Source: Amphiscolops sp. MND2022
Lineage: Eukaryota
DNA length: 64,000 nucleotides
Reading direction: 5' to 3'
Assembly: GCA_964187785.1 (NCBI GenBank)
Contig: OZ076410.1
Location: 37,696,001-37,760,000 of the forward strand
Both the position numbers and the translations under genes were made by a program. The notes beneath the pieces are model-generated. The model did no database searches. It was not told where the DNA came from and saw nothing but the letters and a program-made list of their open reading frames with translations. This document shows, piece by piece, positions 43,701 to 56,420 of this stretch (its first letter is position 1; every line of letters begins with the position of its first letter).

Positions 43701-46700
43701 TATTTAGGGCACTAGGAGCTTGTGAACATAGCTGACTAAGTTATCGTAAATTTGAATGCTCGAGTTTGATCGGCCGAAATCAATTCATTCCATTAGTAGT
43801 GATAGAAGTAGTAGTAAACGACTTTATTCCATAATAAGAGGAAATTTGGAAACTGACTTCTTTTTTGGATAAAATGGAAACTGATTCTTGCGCGACAGAC
43901 AGAGCAGAAACACTTTATGAAAAATGAACAGCTATGCAGTAAATTCAAAGATAGCATCTTTTTTGGAGGAACGAGTTAATAGATTTCTTGAAAGCTGGGA
44001 GGGGTGATCAAAATGTAAGAAGTTCATCATAATCATCTCGTCTGCAATTCTAATTGATCTTGGGAAAAACTTGTTATCCGATTTAAATATTCTGGTATTG
44101 GGCATCTGGAAACAAGAATTTGAACAGCGAGGTTTTGGCGGCATTGAATCTTTCATCAGTGTAAACTCAACATCAACTGTTTCGTACCAAACTTTCCAGA
44201 AGTAAACCATGTTGGCTTTAGCCAGTTTATAGCACAGCGGCAGGATGTTCAGACGACAGAGTGCTTCGTTTTACTCACCGCCTGAAACAATCCACTTTAG
44301 GACTTTTTTCTGAAAACGTTCCGTATTTTTCAAATCAGTTATGGAGGAATGCCGTACAGGGGAGCAGTACAGTAATATAGGTAAAATCAAGGATTTTAAG
44401 AGATGCTTTCTCCTTTCTATTGAGGTGTTGAAGGGCACATTTCGACACAGCAAATTGAAGACATTGTTGCATTTTGCTAACTTGACTCCAACATGAGAAG
44501 ATCAATTTAGTTTGGAAGAAATTACAACTCCAAGGTCGACCTGTTCTTTGACAGGATTTATCAAGGTGCCATTGATAGTAGGAGGTTCATACCAGTTGAA
44601 ATTTAAACGTTTGCATTTATTTAGGTGAAACTGTCAACTTTTTTCAATTACCCGGAGAGTTAGCCAATCAATTTCAGTTTGGATCAAAGTAGCAACTTTC
44701 GATGAATGGATTTTCTAATCATCACAAAACACAAAATAGTCTAAGCTTTGAAGATACTTGGTTATGTCGTTGAAGAACAAGATAAATAAAATTAGTCCCA
44801 AGACACTACCCTGTAGAACACCAGACGTGACATCTTTTTGATTCGAGATGGCGGAGTTGATTCCCACGCTTTGTGTACGTCCGGACAGGAATGAATTAAA
44901 AAGATAGAAACTTTTTACGAAAACAAGGCGGAAAGTTTTCTCATACGCCCATCATGGGGAACAGAGTCAAAGGCTTTCAATATGTCAAAAAATATTGCTA
45001 GACATGCGGTGTTTGTATCCTGCAAGCCGTAAAGGAGGCTTACATAATGTAGAAGCTGCGATGTGGTGCTCCGTTTTTTCCATAGAACCATGCTGTCGCC
45101 GGGAGTTTTTTTGGATTTTGGATAGAGAAAATTAAACAGAAGACGTTCCAATAAGAGGGTCAATTTGCTCCGAATACTAATTGGTCGATAGTTCTTTACG
45201 TCGCTAGTTGATCCAGATTTATGTAAGGCTGTCACATAACAATGTTTCCACTCGGTGGGCCAAACGGAACTACTTTTAATGCTATGGAAGAGAGCATAAA
45301 CAGCTGGAGCTAAAACATGTGAACAAGATTTCAAAACAAACGAAGGGATTGTCTCTCGTACTGTAGCCAATGAATCATCGCAATCATTTAGAAGAAGTTC
45401 AAAATCCGTGACCAAAAAGTCAAAATCATCAAGAAAGTTGTCGCAATTTGGAGATTGTTCGAGAGATACAGGTCGTTTAGGGTTGGAAAATGAACTAAAA
45501 TAAATATTCAAAGCTTCAGCTTCAGAAAGATCATCCACTAACAAACGTGTTTCCGTAGTACATTACTGGAGGGAACACTTTAGACTTTCTGAGGGAGTTA
45601 TTCAGTCTAAAACATTCTTCTGAATTTTGTAGGTTGCATTTTTTATCGAGTAAAAATTTATCCAATTCAATTGATTCCTTCAAAGATTGTAACACATCTT
45701 TGATTATCAGTGAGACCGAAAGTGACCAACTTTTGGGCAGCTTTTGAAGTAAAGTTCCCCTTTGGTTGATTGAATGCATACTATGGGATGAATAAGAAAA
45801 GGGAACAAATGTACGTTTCGACCGTTTGAGCGAACAGGACAGTGACAAGGCATGCTGAAAATGATCATACCATAGAACGAAAACTCAATGAGTGGCAGAT
45901 TTGCTGATAACATATCATACAAAAAAGTTAGGATTTCGTTGACAATAGCAGGTTTGAAAGAGGATTTGGAGTAGTTTTTTGCACATGATATAGGCTCTTT
46001 GGATATTGAAACTTGTGTATGAAAAACCACAGGCAAATGATCGGAAAAAAGACTTTGGGATACTTTGAAGGATAGATTTTCCCAATTCAGGAAAACGAGA
46101 TCTAAGTTATTCCCTTCCCTGTGGGTTGCAACGTCAATAACTTGATTCAATCCCAAGTCGGCGAGATGAGTTAGAGCTTCGTTGTCACGACTGTTTGGAG
46201 ACAAAAGGGTAGTCCAATCAATTTATATCGGGCATGTTGAAATCGCCAATTACATATAGGTCGAAGTTAGTACTTAAGTCATGTTTCACACAGAAAGAAA
46301 CGAACGCAGAGTGATAAACCTTAAGGTTTTCAGTAAGCACATTTATTGGAATATGATAGTGCTCTGAGGTTGATACACGACAACTTGAAAGGCCACATAA
46401 TCAAATGAGACTACAGATCAAGCTACAGTAAAAAGATAATGTTCAATAGATAAATCAATTATTGGAGGTAAATTATTATGAGCAGCAATCAGCAATCCAC
46501 CATGTTGGCCCACATTTCTATCCGATTCCGAGATGACTCTAATGGAAGACCCATAAAACAGCTCAGATTCATTCTTTTATAACCACATTTCAGTTAGGAA
46601 GAGCAGGTTGATATTCAAACAATTCACTAGATTTGGTAGTTTGTGATGTTTATGTTGACCCCGCAGCGATTGATAGAAGATTGTTTATAGGAGTTAGTCA

Positions 46701-47130
46701 CTGAGTTTCTTCACTGAGATCAACCACTTCGCCTTTGTAAAATAATTGTAGCTTTTTGATACGAAAATTAGCTCAATTTTCCCCTCGTTGATCATATTGT
46801 ATCGTTTAGTCAGTAGCTTTTTTCTAACTCACGTTCCGCTCTGGTCAGGAATTTTTTGATATAAGTTTAGACGGAAGTCTTTCAAATAACGACTTCTAGC
46901 AAACATTTCTCCATTAAATAGGGGTTTTCGAGATCAGTAATGGACGACACTGTCGACGTTCATATGTATCGGGATTTTTATACTTCCCCGAGACGACGTG
47001 CTTCTTTTATTTTACCTTCAGCTTTCTTATCTGTGATGAGTGAGGATATCACACACCCTTTCGAGTCCACGTCAGCTGGAGGCGCGACTTTTATCCTCAG
47101 GTGGACCAGTTGGTTTCAGCGTTGGTCGAG
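40748..47130. repeat. Second copy of the ~32660-40747 segment (LINE A part, family B element, LINE B) without the fold-backs
   Basis: ORF pairs offset by 8091-8093 (32828/40919, 34257/42348, 36822/44915). Junction TTCTAAGTT|GAACTTTCAGCAG at ~40747. Confidence 0.9.
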
Positions 47131-47559
47131 GTTTCTAAGTTACTCGCAGGAAAATCACGAAAAACTATTTGATTCCACGGAAACCCAAAAACACACCCAA
47201 TGCTAATCTCGAACTTGTTTCTAGTACAAGTATACCATCGTCCAACCCAGCTTGGAGAAAGTTGTCAAAAAAAACTACCGAAGGTAATTATGACAAAGAA
47301 GCTGAAAAGACCTGCATGATATCAAGGCATATTATTAATGCATTCAAATCAGCACAGATGATGAGAACTTTTGAAGATGTTTCGTTCACAAAAGCAATAT
47401 TGAGAAGCAACGGACTCTGATCAATGAACAGAAAAAACCTCTCGATTGACCCCAGAAAAATTTGACGCAATCTGTCTACGTCAAACCGCCCAAGAAAGAA
47501 TTCATAGAATGGATGACAAATGTTCGAAAGTTTTCAAAGCTAATCGAGGCTAATTAGGG

Positions 47560-47765
47560 TCTCACTAGCAGATCGTTGTTCCTTGCAAGAACCTAGGCCT
47601 GAAACTGGATGATCAGCAGCTTCGGAATTCGATTGGTTTACGTCTCGAAGCAAACACATGTTGCGCATATGTGCCACTGTGATGAACGAATTGAATAGGA
47701 CGGTTTACATCTTTCCAGCACCAGGAGTCTCGGTTGCATCTCACGTCATGCTGTTCTCAACTATG
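47560..47765 (+). pseudogene. Fragment of a CRE-like (restriction-endonuclease-type) non-LTR retrotransposon C-terminus
   Basis: Frameshift-corrected reading VVPCKNLGLKLDDQQLRIAIGLRL...C..C.C...DGLH...RHAVLN resembles the LRIAVALRLG / Cys-His / RH..LN motif set. Confidence 0.55.
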
Positions 47766-49889
47766 TCCCCTTGCAGGGCTGTAGGATTGCCGCTATAAAT
47801 CGCAGGCCGCTTTTCAACTGTTTTTAATTATATAGCGCCTTTAGACTATTTTCTATACCTTCGTGCTTGTTGCTGTCAATTCGTATATAAGTAGGTACTC
47901 GTTACCTAGCTATTAATATCAAGTACTAATATTAATGTTTTCGCTCAGTTGTTTCAAGGTTGATAGTTGATGGATTAGTTGTTACTTTTTCGAATGTTGT
48001 TTCCTTCTTTCCATTCTTTCTTGCTATTTCCCTTCTCCTTCTTCGTAGACTAAGATCGTTTTGTGACAAAAGTCACAACTCAGCTGAAGCCGTGACAATG
48101 AGGAGGTTGCTGGTTGTCTTTATGTTGCTACTCCGATAGTGGCTCGTATAGACTTTCCTCCTTTCATTGCAGGCCACGAGTGTGTGTCCTTTCCCGCCAA
48201 GATGATGACACATGGCATTTGAGTGATGACGGATTTCCAAAATTTCTATTAGTGGAAGAAGAGGATGGTATCTTTGGAATAACGAAAGCGTTGAACAATT
48301 TCATTGTTAGGCCAACCGCATAGGCAAAAACTGGAAACTAATGGAGCCACAAAATTGCTCGTAGGAAATTTTTGAGGTTAAAAAACGAAGTTTGACATGG
48401 GCTGTGCTTGGTTACAAATCACCTGACTTAAAATCATTTGGTATGATGTTCTCCTCGAATCATTTGGTTTAAATTTTCTGGGCCAAATGACCACATAATT
48501 GATCCAAGTCTGTTCTAACTTGAGCAATGGTTGAAAAAACGCATTGTAGTCTAAACTTGAATGGAAGTTTCAACGATATGTTGGAGGAACAAAAAATGTT
48601 ACGAAATGATTGGCATTATTGTTGTATTGCTCGCTCGCTTCGCTTCCTTCGCCACAAAGCAACTTTGAGGCATGGCTGGTTGCATTGCACGTCGCTCCGC
48701 TCCTGTATTTAGGGCATCAGTGGTATGGGAACAAAGCCCACCACGCTATAATGTTTTCAACGACATCAGTAACGCATCTTCAACTTGGAAATTTTCAGCC
48801 ATTTGGTATTAAGCCAAGAGACCGTTTTCCAAGACGTTAGGTTCCAAAACTTATGTCAAGTGACCAAAAGCATTAGACCTAATGACTTCCGGCTAAGTGA
48901 CCGTTTACCCCGTGATTTGGCAAAAGTATAGTTATACGAAATGACGACTTTCTTCCTTAAACTTAGGCTTTGCTGGAAAGATAGCCAAATCAAGAAGTTA
49001 CTATTTGGTCTGCCTTAAAACTTCCTTGAAAAGGGCTTTATTTCAACAGAGTTTATATTTTGCGTATGATATCGTTGGATCCAAAAAAAATGATAAGGCC
49101 GCATTCACCCAATAATAACTAACAATTTCTGAAAACGCCAATTTGCATCAGGATTTTAGTCAGCAGGTTTGACGCTTTGTGGCCCTTTTGGGGTAGAAAA
49201 CGCCTTTTGAAATTGAGACGTTCCTGTAATATAGAAACGAAACAATTGAAGTGTAAACAGAATCCAAAGAAACAATCAGTTACAAGGAACAGACTAGGCA
49301 GGCGAGGTAGACAGTCTTCTCGTCAAGGGCGGAAATAAATCATGGAGTGAAATAGCGTGAACTTGAATGAAATTCGAACAGTCAAATCACGCCGTGATAT
49401 AGCATGAAATTACAGCTCAACAAGAAAAATAGCGTGGGAAATAAAACAATTACCGCCATCGTATCACCCTTTTTGTCTTTATTACCTACTAAATTATTAA
49501 CTTATTGACTAATTTATTTCTTCTTCCCTCTCTTCTGCGTTGGTAGATCGAACACTCTCGTATTTGAATACATGACTGAGAGAAGAAAGGGAAAAAGGTA
49601 TGAAACTACCATGAAGCACGTTTGATTTCTATATGTCACTGAAAAGTTTTTCGAATAAATATGTGTTGATTGATGGTTTTTTGCCGAGAGACTTGTTTTT
49701 CATACATTTTCCGTGTAATTTGGTGAAATCTATCGTGATATCTTCCGTGATTTTTTTCAGTTGTCATGTTCAAGTAAAATTGCCGCACCTGCTTCTCACT
49801 TCCAAAACTGATATTTTGCATACCTTGAAAACCTTGCATACGCGGTGTGTGCACGCTCGCCCTGATTGCGTTACGATATCAGTTCCCAC

Positions 49890-50400
49890 TAGGGTTGTGA
49901 AAAATTGGATTATTTTGAGAAAAAAATCAAAATATCCCATTCTTTTGACTTAAACCCGATATAAATAAAAATGACAATTTTTCAATTTTTTTGAAAAACT
50001 GCGATGTTTGCAAGATTGAAATGCAAGGAAAGGTACAATTTCAAAACCTTAAAACAGAAAACGAGTCTTCCGGACTTTTCGACGACCAGTCGATTTCTCA
50101 CATTTGTATGGACCATGCCGAAACTTGAAAAAAGACGCTCTGGAGCGCTGTTGATGGGGAACATGTAATAATCCTTCCGATAATTTCACTCAGATCTGGA
50201 TCAATTGGTATCAGCTTCCACCAAGCTGCTGGCAAAATCAAAGATGCTTCAAAATATTGGGTGTTGAATGGTCCCTCTCCAACCTCGAATTGCATTATCG
50301 CCGCGAGCATATCGGGATGCAATTCTCGGGCGAGCTCAATTGTCATATATTTCTCGTCTTGCATCAGAATATCCATACTGACAAGTGCTCAGTGAAGGTG
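49890..50400 (-). mobile_element. Partial duplicate of the hAT element end with a transposase C-terminal dimerisation-domain remnant
   Basis: TAGGGTTG terminus. Minus strand encodes WWKLIP...LSEIIGRIITCSPSTA / ERLFSSFGMVHTNVRNRLVVEKSGRLVF. Confidence 0.7.
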
Positions 50401-50574
50401 TTGGAGTTTCTTCTATAATTGAATTCCAACACATAATGGAATTTTCTTGGAATTTCAAGTATACTTACCGCTCCTGCTTCTCACTTTTAAAACTGATATT
50501 TTGCATAGTTTGCAAACCGTGCATATGCAGTGTATGCACACTCGCCCTAATCGCGTTACGATATCAGTTCCCGC

Positions 50575-51588
50575 TAGGGTTGTGAAAATTCGGATTTTTT
50601 TATTTAATTACGATTTAAACCAAAAATGACGATATTTTCGATTTTTTTTTGAAAAAAGTACGATGTTTGCAAGAGTGAAATGCAAGGAAAGGTACAAACT
50701 CAATATTTTGAAACGAAAAACGAGTCTTCCGGCCTTTTTGACGACCAGTCGATTTCTCACATTTGTATGGATCATGCCGAAACTTGAAAAAAGACGCTCT
50801 GGTGGCGCTGTTGATGGGGAACATGTAATAATCTTCAGATAATTTCACTCAGATGTGGATCAATTAGTATCAGCTTCCACCAAGCTGCTGGAGATATCGA
50901 AGATGCTGCTTCAAAATAATGGGTGCTGAAGGGTCCCTCTCTAACCTCGAATTGCATTATCGCCGCGAGCATATCGGAATGCAATTCTCGAGCGAGCCCA
51001 ATTGCCATATATTATTCACCTTGCATCAGAATATCCATGCTAACAAATGCTCAGTGAAGGTGTTGGAAATTCTTCGACACAATCATCTTCTTTTGCATGG
51101 CATATGTCAAAATGTGCCTTCAATCGCTGAGGACTTCCCGGTATTTCGTGGCGGCAGTGTTTACAAATAACCGAAAGATCTTTATTGTTCTCCTTAAAGG
51201 CAGACTCCTAAAATATTTAGTGAATTTGTTTTCAGTTTATTCAAATTCAATTGAAATGCTGCTCAAAAAATCGAATATACCTTTTATCGACCTTCGAGAT
51301 GTTTTCTTGTTTTCGTACTGACATTTCAATCTTAAATGATACGTATGATACATAAGGTAAAATATATGCTCACAGTATAAACATAACATACGAATGATAA
51401 CAATTATCAACTTCCCTCTTTCAAGTAAAGTTGTCATATTTTTGATTGAAACAAGGAAGTTTAGCAATGTTGTGTGAAATGATGCATGTGATATTTGCTG
51501 TCTTTCTATTGGTCAATTAAAACGTTTGATTTAAATCGGAATTCTTCACAGAGCTGATTTATACCATGACTTAAATCTAACAACCCTT
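50575..51588 (-). mobile_element. hAT-superfamily deletion derivative (~1 kb) inserted in a family B element
   Basis: Termini TAGGGTTG...CAACCCTT. 8-bp flanks GTTCCCGC (GTTCCCAC in the duplicate) and GTTTCCAC. hAT dimerisation-domain remnant. Family B sequence resumes on both sides. Confidence 0.7.
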
Positions 51589-52352
51589 GTTTCCACTAGC
51601 AGGATGGAAACATAAGCAACCCAAGCGACCGCGGAGTACTAGAGGAAACGAAGACAGAAACGAGGCACGTTTTATACTTCAAAACATGTTCTTCCACCAG
51701 CAAATCGATCAAGTTCTAATTTTGAAAAAAACCGACCTGAGTCCATATGCATAAAGTTACCAGCAACCAACCCAGCTTGGCGGTGGTTGTCAAAAAAACT
51801 TACGAAGAACGGAATCATGACAAAGTAGCTGGAAAGACCTGCATCATATCAAAGCATGATACCAATGCATTCAAATCAGCGGATAATTTCTTCAAAAAAG
51901 GAACGTACCGAACCATTTCTTTGTTCGGTTAACCGCAAAGGGAAATTTGAAGTCAAAAAACGTGCTCGTATGAGACCTATTGAAGTTAAATTACGAGTTG
52001 GATTTGACAGGCCGATGTCTGTAGCAAACGTAGAGTTATTCGGCGAAAGAACGATGTTCTTCGTTAAACCGAGGAGATATTTGTTTTTCTTACAAAAACA
52101 TTGTCAAACAATAAACAAAAAGAAAATCGATTGTTGCACATTAGGGAGGGAAGGCACTAATATGCTCAAGAGGAACTTTACGAAAGAATTTGAATCGACA
52201 TTCTTGAGAAGAGAACATCCGAAAAACATCCGTTCAAACTGACCACTACAAAGGAAAATAGAGCACGTATCATGTGTGGCCAAGGTTGTGAAAAATCGGA
52301 TTTTTTTATTTAATTACGATTTAAATCAAAAATGACGATATTTTCGATTTTT

Positions 52353-52552
52353 NNNNNNNNNNNNNNNNNNNNNNNNNNNNNNNNNNNNNNNNNNNNNNNN
52401 NNNNNNNNNNNNNNNNNNNNNNNNNNNNNNNNNNNNNNNNNNNNNNNNNNNNNNNNNNNNNNNNNNNNNNNNNNNNNNNNNNNNNNNNNNNNNNNNNNNN
52501 NNNNNNNNNNNNNNNNNNNNNNNNNNNNNNNNNNNNNNNNNNNNNNNNNNNN
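52353..52552. other. Assembly gap (200 N)
   Basis: Run of exactly 200 N. Sequence on the two sides need not be contiguous. Confidence 0.99.
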
Positions 52553-55500
52553 ACCAGTTGTGAATATTTGCCCAGTTCCTCTCCTTGTAATGATCCGGGT
52601 CTCGCTTCTTCGGTCTTGGAACAGATCCGATTTCTGATCGTCCACTTCCCTAATGTTAGAAGAACCAGTCGATCTCCAATAGACCCCTTCGAGCTAAATG
52701 TTGTTCTGTTGTCCATCTGGCTCGTTTTGTCACACATATTTCCGTTTTCTTCGAGTATTGATGTCACGTCGTTGATTGAATTTTCCACTTCAGTTATGCT
52801 GTCTTCCATAACACAGCGAGGTTATTGGACAATGGTCATTTTTGAGCGCTCAGTGATTCCCTTTCTTTAGTCGTTTTCTTCATACAGTTAGACTTGCCTG
52901 ATGAACACGTTTTTGTTTCAGTATTCTTGTGCGAAGACATCTCATAGCTGCGTCTGTGGACGTTCCATTTTCCGTCAATTTGATCAGTTTTAACACCTTT
53001 GTCCCGTCATTGGGGCACTTTAACATTTACTTCACATCCAGTATTCCCTATTCAATTCTAGTTTCCCAAAGCATTGTTCCTATTCAGTCACACTTCGACT
53101 GAACTGTTTTCGGGTTTTTTCAGTTGTAAGACTCAACATCGATTCTAAACAAAACAGCAACGCTTGTCTTCTCTCGCGGTATTCAATGACCTGATCAACC
53201 AAGTTTTCAATAGTTTTAGTTTTTTTTGAAGGAACTTGTCGCTTTCAAAGTGCGTGCCAAACGTATAGTTGCCCGGGGTTCGAAAAACTTCAACTTGGTT
53301 TATCGAATAACGAACTAGGGTTTTTAATTGCGGTTTATTTGCGAGCTCAATCGTACTTGTTTCATTTTCTATTTCGGTCGAGCTCATCTTGTCTGTTGTA
53401 CCGTCGCTGTCGTTCTCGTTAATTGAAGAAGCAATTATGCTCTTTCATGTTTGTTTAGTCTGTTTGCTCTCTTCTTTCACACTTGCCGCTTTACTTCGTT
53501 TTCGTGCGCTCGTTTTTTTCCTGCCACCTCGTTTGTGATTGGTTGCTTCCTTTCTCCAATCGATTTCTGCTCATCTGAAACAGGCTCTTTACATCTTACA
53601 GCGTTAACTTTGAACCAGTCGTTCCATGATTGTTCTGCTTTTCTTTGGTTCTTTACGTTGCTGGGCGACGGATGCCTCGAAAGGTAATACGCTATCCCTA
53701 ATGTTCGTCCTGGTTCATGTATTACTATGAAGTGAAATTGTGAAAGCCTATCTACCCACCTGGCAAATCTACTTGAAAATGTTTTGTTTGCTCCATTTCC
53801 TTTCAAAATTGATGTTAATGCCTTGTGATCTGATACTACTTCCAATTCGGCTCCATATACGTAATTTCTAAAGTTTTCTACTGCCCATACGACGGCTAGT
53901 AGTTCGAATTCATTTATTGAGTACTTTTGTTCAAAGGTGGTCAAAACTCGTGATGGAAAATTGTTTGCCTTCCCACCTTTTTCTCTTTTCTGCTGTAGCA
54001 CGGCATTAAGACCTTTTCTACTGGCATCGCAGACAGTTCTCATTGGTTGGTTTTGTTTGAAACATTGAATTTCTGTTACTGCTTGTTTTGCCTTCTTTAT
54101 TTGTTCAATTGCTGAGTCATGGGTCTTCGTCCAATTCCATTCTTTTTCTTTGCTCCGGAGTGGGCGTATTAGTGCACATAACTGTCCCATGTTTGGGATA
54201 AACCTATTCTTTTGAATAATTGCCTTCATGAAAGAGCGAAGTTCTTTTAAACTTTTGTGTTTTATTCTGTCAGTTTTTGCTCGGATTTTTTGATCAATTG
54301 GTTTGATTCCTTTCTGTGACAATGTGAATTCCAGCGATCCCGTCTGTTCTTGCGCAAATTTACACGTTTCTAATTTCAGCCGAATTCCTGCTTAATCGAA
54401 TGTCTTCATCACTTCCTCCACCTTCTTTTTCCATGCGCTGTTCTTCAATGCCTTTCATTACGATCAGGAAGTCATATATAAACGCAGAAGTATTCGGAAT
54501 GTTGTACAATAGTTTATCCATTTTCTTTTGGAACTCGGGTGACTTGGTTGGCATTATCGCCAATCCATTTTAGCCTGTGTTGAACGCATATGTTCTCGTC
54601 AGCCGCCCGTCAAATATTTAGAAAATGCAGTGCTTTGCTATTTCTGGGTGCAGCTCTGTTTGCCCGTATGCGTACAACATGTCCAGCGATTTGAAACCTA
54701 CTGTTCCTTCTTCATTGGCGTTGATGATATCTGCCACTTGTTCCTTTAGATTGTCCAGAGTGGGCATTTGGTACTTTTCTTTCTGGATGGCATTATTTAA
54801 TGATCTGAAACCTAGTGCTACTTTGACACTTTTGTCTTTCTTGACAGTAATTAGAACCGGTTGAATAAAAACTTCATCACTCGCCCTTTCGACTCATGGT
54901 AAGTCCCGTTCTGCAAAGAGTTTATCAAAGTTCTTTTCTACTGCCTCCTGTAGGTGCAGTGGCACTCTTTTTCCCTTCTTTGTGTTATCGTTCTTGAACT
55001 CAATGTAACAGTTTTGAACATTTATGTTAAAGGTGTTATTATACTCACTGTTCTTGGCTGCTTCTCCCACTTCAACGTTCAATTTTGCTAGCTATTCTTT
55101 CACGATTAGTGATCTTTTTCCATCCCGTGTTATGAGTGTTCGTGCGTTTTTGATCTTCTTTTGCTCCAGTTGTACATCGGCTCTGATGAATCCCTTTAAA
55201 TTAAGCGGTTGGTTGTTGTAATCGACATATTTTTCATTGCTCGATATTGAACGTGCAGGAATGACGTCTACTATGAGTATTTTCGGTAGATCTGCTTGCG
55301 TGAAAATTGTAATTGGAGAGGCTGAATCGATCATAGCGGTAAGTGACTCTTTGTCTTTTTGCCTTTCATTACGATAGGTTGGTTACCACTTCCGTTAACG
55401 TGTGATACCATTTTGTCTTCGTCGTTCTCGCTGCCAGTTTCTGATTGGCCGTCGGCTTGTCCGATTAATTTGACCCGTCTCATTCCTGCAGGTGTTGTTT

Positions 55501-56420
55501 TTCTTCCTTTTCCTCTCAAGTTGCCAGATGTTATTATCCTGCACATTCGTGCGAAATATCCAGTCATGCCGGAACTTCGACAATGTTCATTTTTCGCTTT
55601 GCAGCTGTCTAAGTGGCCCTTTTTGAAAATGAATCTACATCTGGTGCATGGGTTTCGTTTCTCATTTACCATGAATATTGGTTCTTCCTTCATTTTGTAC
55701 TTTCCGGTGTTTTCCCTTCGTGCGTCGTTTGTTGTTGAATTTCTTCCTCGTACGCTATTGCGAATCTGAAGGCTTCTTGTGGATGTCCTTTTGGTTCCGT
55801 AGAGAGTCTTTTTTGTACTGATTTGTTGTTCATATTTTGTTTGAACGCGTCCATTATGAGGCTCTCCGTTTGATCCCCCAGTTCACCTTAGGCTGCCATT
55901 CCCGTTAATGCGTGCCAAAATTGTCGCAAAGTTTCTTTTCCTTCTGTTTCCCTACTGTTTCCGTGCGAAAAATTTGTACCATTCCAATGTTATGTTGCGA
56001 GGTTTAAGAGAATGCTTGTTCGCAGTTTTCTTTCATCTCTCTCTTTGATATTTTTGCTGTTATCATGTACGGAAATTTCTCTCTCAGGCCTTTTACACGT
56101 TTCTTGCCGGCGTTCCCAGTGATTAAAAAATATGCTGACTAACTTCTGTCAGATGCCTGCTCGTTAAGGTTACTAATCAATGCCGCATTTCGTGTTCTTT
56201 GCAAATCCCAGTATGCTGGTAATGCCGCTACTGCTGATGCTCCAGCTACTTTGGCCATCTCCCCGCTGTCCGACGAATAGTCTCGCAGCGCCATGTTAAA
56301 ACTGTCTCGTTTCTCAGATGAAACTAATAGAATTCGGAGTAACTGAATGTTAAATTTAGGCCATGTGGCAATGCTTCTTTTCAAATCTTTTTCGAGTACG
56401 GTTGTTATTACACAACTTGT
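52553..56420 (-). mobile_element. Decayed Ty3/Gypsy LTR retrotransposon (gag Zn-knuckle, protease, RT, RNase H; integrase core largely deleted; 3' end lost in the gap)
   Basis: CTRC...H...C knuckles (55331-55693); MIDSASPITI protease; RT remnants at 54360-54900; RNase H VCDASRKGL...YSINEFELLAVVWAVENFRNY...SDHKAL. Confidence 0.88.
56282..56293 (-). promoter_or_regulatory. Putative primer-binding site TGGCGCTGCGAG directly after the LTR end (...TTAACA at 56294)
   Basis: Begins with TGG, abuts a CA LTR end and lies just upstream of the gag-like start MAKVAG. It resembles the complement of tRNA-Ser 3' ends (from memory). Confidence 0.55.

Noticed and set aside
52310-52809. ORFs containing X runs
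   Set aside because: Artefacts of translating across the 200-N scaffold gap.
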